DNA of 49,296 nucleotides. Origin: Phycisphaerales bacterium. Its GTDB lineage: Bacteria > Planctomycetota > Phycisphaerae > WQYP01. Of the stretch, positions 27,323 through 36,750 are shown piece by piece. The notes beneath the pieces were generated by a model that worked only from the letters and a program-made list of their open reading frames with translations, was not told where the DNA came from and ran no database searches. Location: positions 1-49,296 of the forward strand of contig DAIDJN010000062.1 of the NCBI GenBank assembly GCA_027451365.1, in the 5' to 3' direction. Within the stretch, counting starts at the first letter, position 1. Every line of letters begins with the position of its first letter. A program made the position numbers and the translations under genes.

Positions 27323-29110
27323 ATGGAAATTCGTAATTTTTGCATTGTGGCCCATATCGATCATGGCAAATCCACCCTGGCGGACCGACTTCTGCAGATG
27401 TCCGGTGCCATCAGTGACCGGGAAATGCAGGCCCAGTTTCTGGACGACCTGGATCTGGAACGTGAACGCGGCATAACTATTAAGGCCAGCGCCGTGACCG
27501 TCGGTTACACGCTCGACGGCACCCGATACATGCTGAACCTGATCGACACACCCGGCCATGTCGATTTTCATTATGAAGTGGCCAAGGCGCTTCAGGCTTG
27601 CGAAGGGGCGTTGCTGCTGGTGGATGCGACCCAGGGCGTTCAGGCCCAGACTGTGGCCAATGCCTACGCCGCCATTGAAGCCGGTCTGGAAATCATTCCT
27701 GTCATAAACAAGGTGGATCTGCCCAGCGCCCGTCCCGACGAAGTTGCTGAAGAAATGGAGCAGGTTCTGGGCATAGACGCGCTAAGCTGCGTTCGAGTGT
27801 CCGCTAAAAGCGGACTGGGTGTTGAAGAATTGTTCCGCACCATTTGTACCCGCTTGCCCGGTCCCCGCGGCGAAGCGAACAAGCCGCTTCAGGCCCTGAT
27901 ATTTGACAGCAAATATGATGATTATCGTGGCGTGATTGTCTATATCCGAATGATGAACGGCCGGCTGGCCATAGGCCAGAAAATTCGACTGATGGGCAAG
28001 CAGACCGTCCATCAGATCACCGACCTTGGAAAATTTTCGCCCAAGCCAATTCATGTCGATTCCCTGGAAGCAGGCGAAGTCGGCTTTCTGGTTGCCAATA
28101 TTAAAACGCTCAGCGATGTGACCATCGGCGATACTGTCACCGACGCCTTTAATCCGGCACCTGAACCGCTGCCGGGTTATCGCCCGCCCAAGCAGATGGT
28201 CTATTGCGATTTTTATCCTGGTCCGGATACCGAATACACCCAATTGCGCGAAGCGCTTGAACGCCTGCGCCTCAATGACTCCTCCTTCACGTTTGAGCCG
28301 GAGAACTCCGACGCGCTTGGCTTTGGTTTCCGTTGCGGGTTTCTGGGACTCCTGCACATGGAAATTGTGCAGGAGCGACTCGAGCGCGAACAGAATGTGC
28401 AGGTGGTGCAAACCGCCCCCACCGTTCCATATGAAATCATGCTCAATGATGGCAGCATCAAAATGATTGACAGCGCCTCCGGTCTGCCGGATTTAAGCAA
28501 GGTCAAGGAAATTCGTGAACCGATGATTAAAGCCAGCATTATTGTGCCGGCCGAAAATATCGGCGATATTTCCAAGCTGTGCCAGGACCGTCGCGGCATT
28601 TACCGCAAGACCGAATTTCTGAGCCAGTCTCGTGTGATTATCGAATATGAAATGCCTCTGGCCGAAGTCATTTTCGACTTTTTCGACCGTCTGAAAACCG
28701 CCACGCGAGGCTATGGCACGCTGGATTACGACCTGATCGGCTTTCATGCGGACAATCTGGTGCGAATGGATATTCTGGTCAATGGCGAGGCGGTTGATGC
28801 CCTAAGTCTGATTGTGCATCGCGACAAGGCGGAATCCCGCGGTCGCGCCATTATTCGAAAACTTAAGCAGGAAATCGGAAAACATCTGTTTGAAGTTCCC
28901 CTTCAGGCGGCCATCGGATCGCGCGTCGTGGCGCGCGAAACCATAAGCGCCATGCGCAAAAACGTAACGGCAAAGTGCTACGGTGGAGATATCAGCCGCA
29001 AACGCAAACTTCTGGAAAAGCAGAAGGAAGGCAAAAAACGCATGAAACAGGTCGGACGCGTGGAAATTCCGCAGGAGGCGTTCATGGCGGTTCTGGAACC
29101 GGGTGACTGA
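27323..29110 (+). CDS. lepA: Elongation factor 4 (LepA)
   Basis: IRNFCIVAHIDHGKSTLAD, ERERGITIK, DTPGH, NKVD, GFRCGFLGLLHMEI, KCYGGDISRKRKLLEKQK. Confidence 0.98.
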   Translation: MEIRNFCIVAHIDHGKSTLADRLLQMSGAISDREMQAQFLDDLDLERERGITIKASAVTVGYTLDGTRYMLNLIDTPGHVDFHYEVAKALQACEGALLLVDATQGVQAQTVANAYAAIEAGLEIIPVINKVDLPSARPDEVAEEMEQVLGIDALSCVRVSAKSGLGVEELFRTICTRLPGPRGEANKPLQALIFDSKYDDYRGVIVYIRMMNGRLAIGQKIRLMGKQTVHQITDLGKFSPKPIHVDSLEAGEVGFLVANIKTLSDVTIGDTVTDAFNPAPEPLPGYRPPKQMVYCDFYPGPDTEYTQLREALERLRLNDSSFTFEPENSDALGFGFRCGFLGLLHMEIVQERLEREQNVQVVQTAPTVPYEIMLNDGSIKMIDSASGLPDLSKVKEIREPMIKASIIVPAENIGDISKLCQDRRGIYRKTEFLSQSRVIIEYEMPLAEVIFDFFDRLKTATRGYGTLDYDLIGFHADNLVRMDILVNGEAVDALSLIVHRDKAESRGRAIIRKLKQEIGKHLFEVPLQAAIGSRVVARETISAMRKNVTAKCYGGDISRKRKLLEKQKEGKKRMKQVGRVEIPQEAFMAVLEPGD

Positions 29111-29175
29111 TCTCCCCGGCCCCGGACGCAAGCCCTCACCGAAATTGGCGAATCGCCCGGACGGCACGGTATTGT

Positions 29176-30714
29176 TTAAAACATTTTCATTTGGTTGCGT
29201 TCAAAGCCGAATTTACTCAGGCTTTCATCCACTGGAATCGGATAGTTGCCCGACCAGCACGCGGTGCAGTAGCTTTCCCGCGGCTTGCCAAGGCAATCCA
29301 GCATTCCTTCAAGCGAAAGATACGCCAGGGAATCCACTTCAATGAAGTCACGAATTTCTTCCACGGTTCGGCCGTTGGCAATAAGTTCGGTTGGGGTGGG
29401 GAAATCGATCCCGTAAAAGCATGGAAAACGTATGGGCGGGCAACTGACGCGCATATGAATTTCCTTTGCGCCGGCCCGCCTCAGGGCCAGAATCTTACCA
29501 CGTGTGGTGGTGCCTCGCACAATGGAATCCTCCACCACAATAATGCGCTTTCCGCGAACCATTTCTGGAATCACGATCAGTTTCATCTGCACCGCCAGAT
29601 CGCGCAGCTGCTGCGACGGCTGAATGAACGACCGGCCCACATAACGGTTGGGCACAATCCCCTCTTCAAACGGAATACCGCTTTGCTTGCTGTAGCCCAA
29701 TGCGGCTGATCGGCCGGAATCTGGAATTGGAATAACAATGTCCGCATCAACCGGGTTTTCAATTGCCAGACGTCGCCCCATTCGCTGGCGAACCATCATC
29801 ACGGTATCACCAAACAATGTACTGGAAGGGCTTGCAAAGTAGACATGTTCAAACGCACAGTGTGCCGGGGCTTCCCGCTTTTCCACAAAAAACCGGCTGG
29901 TTAATTGCTGGCCATCCATGGAAATGGTGACAATTTCCCCTGGTTCCACTTCCCGAATATAGGTCGCCTGAATACTGGACAAGGCGCAGGTTTCGGACGC
30001 CACGCAATAGAATCCGTCTTTCGTCTTTCCGATTACCAGCGGGCGGAAGCCCCACGGGTCACGGGCCGCTTCCATGCGATCTTTGAACAAAAATAAAAAG
30101 CTGAAAGCCCCCTGCAAATGCCGCAGGACATGAGCCAGCGGATCAGGTTTTTCCTGATGCCGTGGCTTGGCCAGCATATGAATCACAATTTCCGTATCAC
30201 TGGTGGAATAAAAAATGTGGCCATATTTCTGATATTCCGCCCGCAGTTTAGCCGCGTTTATCAAATTCCCATTGTGGGCCACGGCAACCTGACCGTCGAT
30301 ATATTCCTCAAGAATCGGCTGGGCGTTGCATTTGCGATTGGAGCCGGCCGTGGAATACCGCACATGGCCAATGGCGGCCGACCCATGCAATTCCTTTAGC
30401 ACATTGCGATTAAACACATCCGCCACCAGCCCCAGACCGGTATGGCAGTTTATTTCGCGACCATCAGTCGCGGCGATTCCGGCAGATTCCTGGCCCCGAT
30501 GCTGAAGCGCATAAAGCCCGTAATAGCATCGCTCAACAGCATCAACCGGGCCGGCAACCCCAAAAATTCCACATTTTTCTTTTTTTTCGTATTCAGTTAA
30601 ATCAGAGGCGGAGGAGATATGCGAATTCGCTTGGAGGACACCATTTGCCGCCAAAGGCAGCGCAATGGATTTTATAGCACTTACTTGACTGGAACCAGAC
30701 TCATTTCCTGTCAT
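29176..30714 (-). CDS. purF: Amidophosphoribosyltransferase
   Basis: EKCGIFG (Ntn Cys), LQHRGQESAG, GHVRYST, HNGN, VEDSIVRGTT PRPP loop; Fe-S cysteines in CAFE, PCFYG and YCTAC. Confidence 0.97.
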   Translation of the reverse strand: MTGNESGSSQVSAIKSIALPLAANGVLQANSHISSASDLTEYEKKEKCGIFGVAGPVDAVERCYYGLYALQHRGQESAGIAATDGREINCHTGLGLVADVFNRNVLKELHGSAAIGHVRYSTAGSNRKCNAQPILEEYIDGQVAVAHNGNLINAAKLRAEYQKYGHIFYSTSDTEIVIHMLAKPRHQEKPDPLAHVLRHLQGAFSFLFLFKDRMEAARDPWGFRPLVIGKTKDGFYCVASETCALSSIQATYIREVEPGEIVTISMDGQQLTSRFFVEKREAPAHCAFEHVYFASPSSTLFGDTVMMVRQRMGRRLAIENPVDADIVIPIPDSGRSAALGYSKQSGIPFEEGIVPNRYVGRSFIQPSQQLRDLAVQMKLIVIPEMVRGKRIIVVEDSIVRGTTTRGKILALRRAGAKEIHMRVSCPPIRFPCFYGIDFPTPTELIANGRTVEEIRDFIEVDSLAYLSLEGMLDCLGKPRESYCTACWSGNYPIPVDESLSKFGFERNQMKMF

Positions 30715-30770
30715 GCGGCCGTCTCCAGTTTGTTACGGGCACTGATTCACGCACACCAACGTCGCAAGTG

Positions 30771-30798
30771 ATTATAGCATGACGGACGGTTCACTCAA
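30771..30798 (-). promoter_or_regulatory. Sigma70-type promoter for purF
   Basis: TTGAGT-N16-TATAAT with an extended -10 TG. Confidence 0.55.
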
Positions 30799-30946
30799 TA
30801 CAGTGTCAAAATTAATGATTTTTTAACGGCAATCCCCTATCCCAAGCCTGTTGCCGCCGCTGGCCGACGCACCATGGGTCGCGGCAAAGTTGCACTGGAC
30901 GCGAGCCGATCGCCCCGCGCGGCCTTGCTCCCGGTGTTTTGAAAAT

Positions 30947-30994
30947 AAAAAAAGGGGAGCCAGCAATGGCGTAAACTGCCCATGGCTGGCCCCC
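30947..30994 (-). terminator. Intrinsic terminator after the glycine-zipper gene
   Basis: Minus-strand GGGGGCCAGC...GCUGGCUCCCC stem followed by U7. Confidence 0.75.
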
Positions 30995-31012
30995 GAAGTT
31001 AAAATGCCTGGG

Positions 31013-31624
31013 TTAGATAAGCGGCCCGGTAGCAGTACTGGCACTGGCCGCCATACTCGCGTCAGCGTCCTTTTTGGCTTTCTTTGAGCCCTTGCTTTGG
31101 CTGGCCACACGGTTCCAAGAATCACGGACTGGCTCACGGGCGCGATCCCAATCCAATTTTGAAACACCACGCGAATTTGTCCAATCGCGTTTCAAGGTCG
31201 GTTCGGCCTCTTCAAATGTTTTGTCATGATGGCGCGCATGCGATTCCCAGCCATACTGATAGGCAGGGCCATATTCCTCATACGACTTGCCTGATTGAAT
31301 ATAAGGTCGATTGGTAAAATTTTCGCGCCAGTAACCATGCTCGACCGTCGGATCCACATGTTCCGCGACGGCTTTACCAGTCAATCCGCCGCCGACACCG
31401 CCCACCACACCGCCGATCGCCGCGCCAACGGCCGTTCCGACCGGGCCGGCAATCGTGCCGACCGCCGCCCCTGCGACGACTCCCGCCACGACTCCACCAG
31501 CGGCACCCACTCCGGCACCCACCGGATGCGCGCCGGCACGGCCGCTTAGCGGGTCACGGTTGGCATCCTTTTCCATCTTTTTTTGTTCGTTGGACTTTGG
31601 ATTATGTTTTTGATCGTTCGACAT
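31013..31624 (-). CDS. Glycine-zipper-containing hypothetical (general stress-type) protein
   Basis: DANRDPLSG..GAHPVG + GxxxG zipper + YWRENF..RPY..YGPAYQYGW..W..AR..VRDSW; AGGAG RBS. Confidence 0.85.
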   Translation of the reverse strand: MSNDQKHNPKSNEQKKMEKDANRDPLSGRAGAHPVGAGVGAAGGVVAGVVAGAAVGTIAGPVGTAVGAAIGGVVGGVGGGLTGKAVAEHVDPTVEHGYWRENFTNRPYIQSGKSYEEYGPAYQYGWESHARHHDKTFEEAEPTLKRDWTNSRGVSKLDWDRAREPVRDSWNRVASQSKGSKKAKKDADASMAASASTATGPLI

Positions 31625-31753
31625 AAAAAGGCTCCTGAAAAAGCTGGAACAATGAAATTCTGTAAACAGGGAAAAATATCCTGATCACATAAGCTAATCC
31701 GGACAAGCTGCGCGATGGACACCATCAGGCGTCCCCGCAAGTTGTCAGGCTCT

Positions 31754-31870
31754 CTACTTTCCCAGCATTTTTGCAACGATAAATATTAAAATCGCACCTC
31801 CTATTCCACCGCCAAAAATCATATAAATCAGGGCGTAACCCACGGCTGCAACTGGAAGGTCCAAACCCAT
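31754..31870 (-). CDS. 38-aa hydrophobic microprotein (below the ORF-track cutoff)
   Basis: GAGGT RBS then ATG; MGLDLPVAAVGYALIYMIFGGGIGGAILIFIVAKMLGK*; fills the gap between two co-oriented genes. Confidence 0.75.
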   Translation of the reverse strand: MGLDLPVAAVGYALIYMIFGGGIGGAILIFIVAKMLGK

Positions 31871-32042
31871 AATCAATACCTCACTTAATCGCTTGCGGCC
31901 GAATCGGAGCGTGATTTTTTGACCCACCCGCCGGCTGGCGATCCGCCACGCCGAAAATACTCGACCGATTCAACCGCCGGACGCTGGCAATGCCAGCCAT
32001 TTGCAATGCAAAGTGCCGCAGTCGTGTGGTCTTCGGTGATGG

Positions 32043-32222
32043 CTATTTTCGGACGGTTTTGCCACGCGAATTTTTGCCGATGAATTCTTGAATTTCGCCT
32101 GCAGCGACCTGCATTTTGCCTTTGACACGCTGGCGCTTATCGTCGGTTGCTTTGCCCACCGCCTGATTAGCCTTACCACGAATCTGCTTGACCCGTCCGG
32201 CAAATATATCTTCTTTACCCAT
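32043..32222 (-). CDS. csbD: CsbD-family stress protein
   Basis: M..D...G..KQ.RGK..QAVGKATDD.....GK.....GEIQE..GK pattern. Confidence 0.85.
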   Translation of the reverse strand: MGKEDIFAGRVKQIRGKANQAVGKATDDKRQRVKGKMQVAAGEIQEFIGKNSRGKTVRK

Positions 32223-32386
32223 TGGCCGCCCCAATTCTTTCAAAAGCTCAATACCCACACCGTGCGCGTTGGAGGATACTAGGGATGCTTTTGAGCCAAG
32301 TCAAACAATGTTCCTGCTTTATGACCAATTTGGCGGCCAGCATCCGTCCATTAAAGCCATGAGCGCACAACGTCTGACCGTGCAAT

Positions 32387-34930
32387 TTACTGTTTTAACC
32401 CCTTAAGCTGTGCTTCCAGATTCGCGATCGGAGCGGGAATTAACTTTTGCGTGGGCTTCGGCAGCGGTCTGGCAATATAGGCCGGGTACTTCGGACCGAC
32501 CGCCGCCGGTCCAGCGACTGCGTGGACCACTCGGCGCGGTTCAACGGCCGGGTGCATGCCCACGGAAGGCCTGCCAGCGGATACCGTGGCTGGAATTGTA
32601 ATCGGCGACACCCTCTGACCATTTAACGAAAAAAGAAGTACATCTCGCATTATGGTTTGGGCAGATGCTGGCGAATATCCCCAAATGCCCCAAGTATTGG
32701 TACCCAGCAATCCACCGGTAATATCAAAGCGCGAAAAAATAATCCGCCAGCGGCCATGCCAGCGCACACCGATTAAATGCGGCCTTTTCATATTTCCAAT
32801 TGTGGCTCTCACAAATTTGCGAAAGGTGACGTGCTCAATGGACACGCCACCGGGATAGGTCCCGCCAAACAACCCAGAATTTGCATCGATCCGCTGCAAA
32901 GGATGCGACGGAAATATGGCCCCGGCCAGTCTGACGAAAGAATGGGTGAATGCGGTGTTACCACCCGCGGCATCTACAAACAGCAATCCGCCCGTGCGAA
33001 CGTAATGCCGCAGAAAGGCAATGTCCACGGCAGAAAAGTCCAAATTTCCCGTGCCGGTAAGATGCACAATGGGCATTTTTTTCACGGACAACTGGCGGGG
33101 TGTAACGGCAGGCATGTGAATCGCAGTGGAGTATTCGCGGACGGCAAACGCTTTTAGCCTTGGCCACGCCCCCGGTTCCGGATTCCAGTTTCCGCTGTAT
33201 TTAAGCAGTCCCATGGTGATAGACCGCTTGGCCGGCGCACGCGCCGGGCGAATAGCCAGCGATTGAAGTCTGTTCGCCAGCGGCTCCTTTCCGGTGGCAT
33301 ACAGATAAATGTTGGTTGGTATCTGCCAAAAAGCGCGACTTGCAATGGACTGCCGCTGCCATGCACCCCCAAAATCGATCGGGCTTATGATCCATTCGTA
33401 TCGTACGCCATTGGAAAGCCCCCACAAGTTCATTGGCCTTCGGGGGCGGTACCACGGTTGCAGGTCGTATATCTGGCTTTTTGGCGGCAGCGGCCGGGCC
33501 GTATAAAGACCGGCACAAGATTCGTTCGCGTAGGAAATCATGGCGTGAAAGAAAGCCTGGGAATTGCCATCTGAACTGACAAATATTAACCCGCCTGCCT
33601 GGGTAAATGCGTTAAATTTCTGCAGGTCTTTTGCTGTAAAATGTGGATCATGACTTCCAGAAATCAGCAGAATGGGCGAACTGAGCCAGCCGCGTACCGA
33701 CGATTGCAGCGGCACCACCTGCCAGTTCATCGGGCTTTCAAATTCGCGCGTGACCCAGGCGGTGTAATTGGCGGCATCAAACGGGCGGGCGTTCCACTGA
33801 CCACTGAAATTTGTCGAATATTGCAACTTGCTTATCAGAATTGGATTCAGACCGCGCGCCAGAATCAGCAGCGCATAAGCGGTACTTATTTGTGCATCGG
33901 AGCCTACAAAATCTGACTTCCAGCTTCCATCGGGCAATTGCCGCGCCAAAAGATTCGCAGCCACGGCCTTGTACCAGTTCATTCCCGCAATAGTCTGCAG
34001 GCCCGCGGCCAGGGCCACACGTTCATCGCCATAAAGCGCGTAGAAATTTTGCGTGTTCGGATTGAAATGCCGGTTAAGCCAGTGCAATCCGCGAATAACA
34101 TGCACCTGGCGCGGCGAAGTCAATGCCGCATTACGATGAAGAAAGCTCTCGGCAATCAACAGGCTTGCAATGCCCGCCGGCGTCATGGTTTGGGCATCGC
34201 GCGACGTGGCGGAATAATTATCGCGCGGCCCGCGGTTGTAATCCCACGTGCCATCGAGAAACTGTGTGCGAACCCAATGCGACCGCGCCTTTACCCAATA
34301 ACGAATCGGTATTTCAAGACCATCCGAAGCGCAGGCCCACATGCCCAGCACACCATATTGCGTATTGGAATTGTCCCAACCATGGGCATGGTAACCCCCT
34401 ATTGCGTCAATCGGGCCGCGATAGGTGTATCCACCACTTCGGCTCATGGCGTGCAGCAGATATCGGGCGTCCCAAAAAAGAGCCTGCCGATAGGCTCGTT
34501 TTGCGGGAAGCAGGTTCATCGCGTTGGCTTGAAATGAGGCAACATAGGTCGCATTCACACGCAATGCCGCTACCGATTTTATCGCGGATTGCATGGCCGG
34601 TGAAAAGATATATAACGAAGGCAGATGAACACTTTGCCCCACCTGCAACAGCGCTTCAAGAATCAGCGCCGTTTTTCCGCCTTCGCTGACCGGATTCCAT
34701 GGCACGCCGGCGTACCTCCAGTGCCCCTTGCGTTCATGTCGCAATAGATATGCCACACCGCGACGAATCGCCTGTTCAACGGCTTGCGATCTATCCACTT
34801 TCATTCCATGCCCACCGCCATGGATTCGCCGAGGAACTGCACGACAAGGCGTTGGGCTGGCCGCACAAAGCGCCACTGCGGCCCCGGCGTATATGATGAT
34901 ATTCTTTAAATTCCACTCGGCGCGCTTCAT
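32387..34930 (-). CDS. Secreted protein with an alpha/alpha-toroid (prenyltransferase-like repeat) domain and two DUF4159-like domains
   Basis: Signal peptide; AIRRGVAYL, WDNSNTQYGVLG.W, Q..DG.W, TAYALLIL; two repeats of P.L..SG..F..L..F...GG.IF. Confidence 0.75.
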   Translation of the reverse strand: MKRAEWNLKNIIIYAGAAVALCAASPTPCRAVPRRIHGGGHGMKVDRSQAVEQAIRRGVAYLLRHERKGHWRYAGVPWNPVSEGGKTALILEALLQVGQSVHLPSLYIFSPAMQSAIKSVAALRVNATYVASFQANAMNLLPAKRAYRQALFWDARYLLHAMSRSGGYTYRGPIDAIGGYHAHGWDNSNTQYGVLGMWACASDGLEIPIRYWVKARSHWVRTQFLDGTWDYNRGPRDNYSATSRDAQTMTPAGIASLLIAESFLHRNAALTSPRQVHVIRGLHWLNRHFNPNTQNFYALYGDERVALAAGLQTIAGMNWYKAVAANLLARQLPDGSWKSDFVGSDAQISTAYALLILARGLNPILISKLQYSTNFSGQWNARPFDAANYTAWVTREFESPMNWQVVPLQSSVRGWLSSPILLISGSHDPHFTAKDLQKFNAFTQAGGLIFVSSDGNSQAFFHAMISYANESCAGLYTARPLPPKSQIYDLQPWYRPRRPMNLWGLSNGVRYEWIISPIDFGGAWQRQSIASRAFWQIPTNIYLYATGKEPLANRLQSLAIRPARAPAKRSITMGLLKYSGNWNPEPGAWPRLKAFAVREYSTAIHMPAVTPRQLSVKKMPIVHLTGTGNLDFSAVDIAFLRHYVRTGGLLFVDAAGGNTAFTHSFVRLAGAIFPSHPLQRIDANSGLFGGTYPGGVSIEHVTFRKFVRATIGNMKRPHLIGVRWHGRWRIIFSRFDITGGLLGTNTWGIWGYSPASAQTIMRDVLLFSLNGQRVSPITIPATVSAGRPSVGMHPAVEPRRVVHAVAGPAAVGPKYPAYIARPLPKPTQKLIPAPIANLEAQLKGLKQ

Positions 34931-35008
34931 GGAGGACGCTCCTGCCCCAATGACCAGCTGAAACAGAGAACGGTCAAAGCCGCCACGGCCCGGTGATCGC
35001 CCCCGGCA

Positions 35009-35965
35009 TTACGTTATCAGTTCAACGCCTGCACGCGTGCTGAGTTGTGAAAAAATACCTGAATCAAACGATTGGTAATCCTTCGAGACCGCCCGAGTGG
35101 TGGCCAGAGCCACAGCAAATCCGAGGGCGGATGGGGGATCAAGACCCCTCACAACCCCTGCCACATATCCGGCCAGCAGATGATCGCCGCAACTCACGGT
35201 TCGTATCACCGGCAAGTCACAAGGACAGCGGCAGTTCCAGGCACGTCCGCCTCCCTTTAGTTCAATCAGGATTGCCCCCTGCTCGCCGCGGCTTACCAGG
35301 ATATTTTCCACAGTCAGCCCGGCATTTCGTACCGCCGCGACAATGGCGGGCGGATCGTTGCGAACCGGTTCTCCGATGACCTCTGAAAGCTCAGTCAGAT
35401 TTGGCTTAGCCAGCCAGGTGGGACGTCGGAGGCCCAACCCAAGCGGCGGGCCGCTGGTATCAAGTGCAACCCGCACCTGTCGCGTTTCCAGAAGGGTTAG
35501 AATGTCCAGAAAATCGCTATCGTTAACTCCCCGCGGCAGGCTGCCGGCCAGCACCACCCAATCACCGGGGTCAAGCAATCGAACAAGGCGATCGCGGAGT
35601 TCAAGAATATCGTGGGGGCTGACCGAAAAACCGGACTGGCGCAAATGGGTTTCACGTCCTGAACGGGATTCAAGAATAGTCAGATTATTTCGTGTGCCGC
35701 CCCCCACCACGACCCAACTGGAACGCACTGTTCCCGGCGTAAGGGATGCCAGCTCGCGAATGAAAAATTCGCCATCATGATGCCCTATGAATCCGGTGGC
35801 CATGGAATCTATGCCCAGCAGGGCAAGCGCCCTGCTGACGTTTACACTTTTTCCGGCAGCAAATTCGGCTTCCAGGCTGACCGATTGATGAGCACCAGGA
35901 CATAGCACCTCACAGCCCACGATCCGATCAATCGCGGGATTCAGACCGAGTGTGAATATCTGCAT
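35009..35965 (-). CDS. 1-phosphofructokinase-family (PfkB) hexose kinase
   Basis: TLGLNPAID, AGKSVNVS, LAGSLPRG, DTSG, KPNLTEL, SRGEQGA, TVSCGD. Confidence 0.92.
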   Translation of the reverse strand: MQIFTLGLNPAIDRIVGCEVLCPGAHQSVSLEAEFAAGKSVNVSRALALLGIDSMATGFIGHHDGEFFIRELASLTPGTVRSSWVVVGGGTRNNLTILESRSGRETHLRQSGFSVSPHDILELRDRLVRLLDPGDWVVLAGSLPRGVNDSDFLDILTLLETRQVRVALDTSGPPLGLGLRRPTWLAKPNLTELSEVIGEPVRNDPPAIVAAVRNAGLTVENILVSRGEQGAILIELKGGGRAWNCRCPCDLPVIRTVSCGDHLLAGYVAGVVRGLDPPSALGFAVALATTRAVSKDYQSFDSGIFSQLSTRAGVELIT

Positions 35966-36051
35966 CCGTCAAACTCCCCGTTTCGCCCGGGCGACTGCTG
36001 CCAGGAAGGCCGGTGGCTTTCACGGACTGCCACCCTGTGCCGCGTAAAGAT

Positions 36052-36648
36052 TTATCCTCCGAAATAATCGGACAGAATCTTTTTGCCGCAAGTCGCCGGA
36101 TTTTGTGCCAGCAAAGTGGCATCTTTGGTGACGATAATTTCCCCAGCCATTGCGCCGGCAAAACCATGGGCGGTCGGCCGATGAGCCGGCTGAACCGTGT
36201 GGTGATAGACCTTTTCCAACATGGCGTGCATGGTGCAGTAATAGAAATGAATACCCCGTGTTTTCGGCACATAGGTAAATGTGGAAATTTTATGCCCAGG
36301 CCCTTTGGTTCCCATGACCATTCCAAAAAGCTTTGTCGGTTTACCGGTCGCGGGATTGTAACCCTGAATAGTATGCGCGCCGGTATCTTCATCCACAAAA
36401 ATGACCGGCTGACCCGGGCGCACGGCCACCACCGATTCAACAAATGCATTAAAGCCGTTCATGTGTATATAAACCGGCGGTAGCGAACTGGACGCGGCCG
36501 CCGGGGCGGGCGCAGGAGTGGTTTGCGCTTTGGCACAGCCGCCGCCAACCAGGTTTATGACAACCAGTATCGCCACCATGGCCAGCGAGAGTGCCGTGCC
36601 GATTCTGGCATATCCGGAAAAGCGTTGTGTGGATGAGTTCTTACGCAT
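36052..36648 (-). CDS. Exported cupredoxin (type 1 blue-copper-like) protein
   Basis: Signal/TM segment; V.PGQPV.F...D..AHT; YYCTMH; AMAGEIIV; AAGGAG RBS. Confidence 0.75.
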   Translation of the reverse strand: MRKNSSTQRFSGYARIGTALSLAMVAILVVINLVGGGCAKAQTTPAPAPAAASSSLPPVYIHMNGFNAFVESVVAVRPGQPVIFVDEDTGAHTIQGYNPATGKPTKLFGMVMGTKGPGHKISTFTYVPKTRGIHFYYCTMHAMLEKVYHHTVQPAHRPTAHGFAGAMAGEIIVTKDATLLAQNPATCGKKILSDYFGG

Positions 36649-36750
36649 AGCCTTGACTCCTTAAAAAGCCCAACCGATGGATATTAAACCTGATAACCAC
36701 AAAAGACCCGCAGTCCGCAAGAAGCCATACGCGATCGCGGCATTCAAGGT

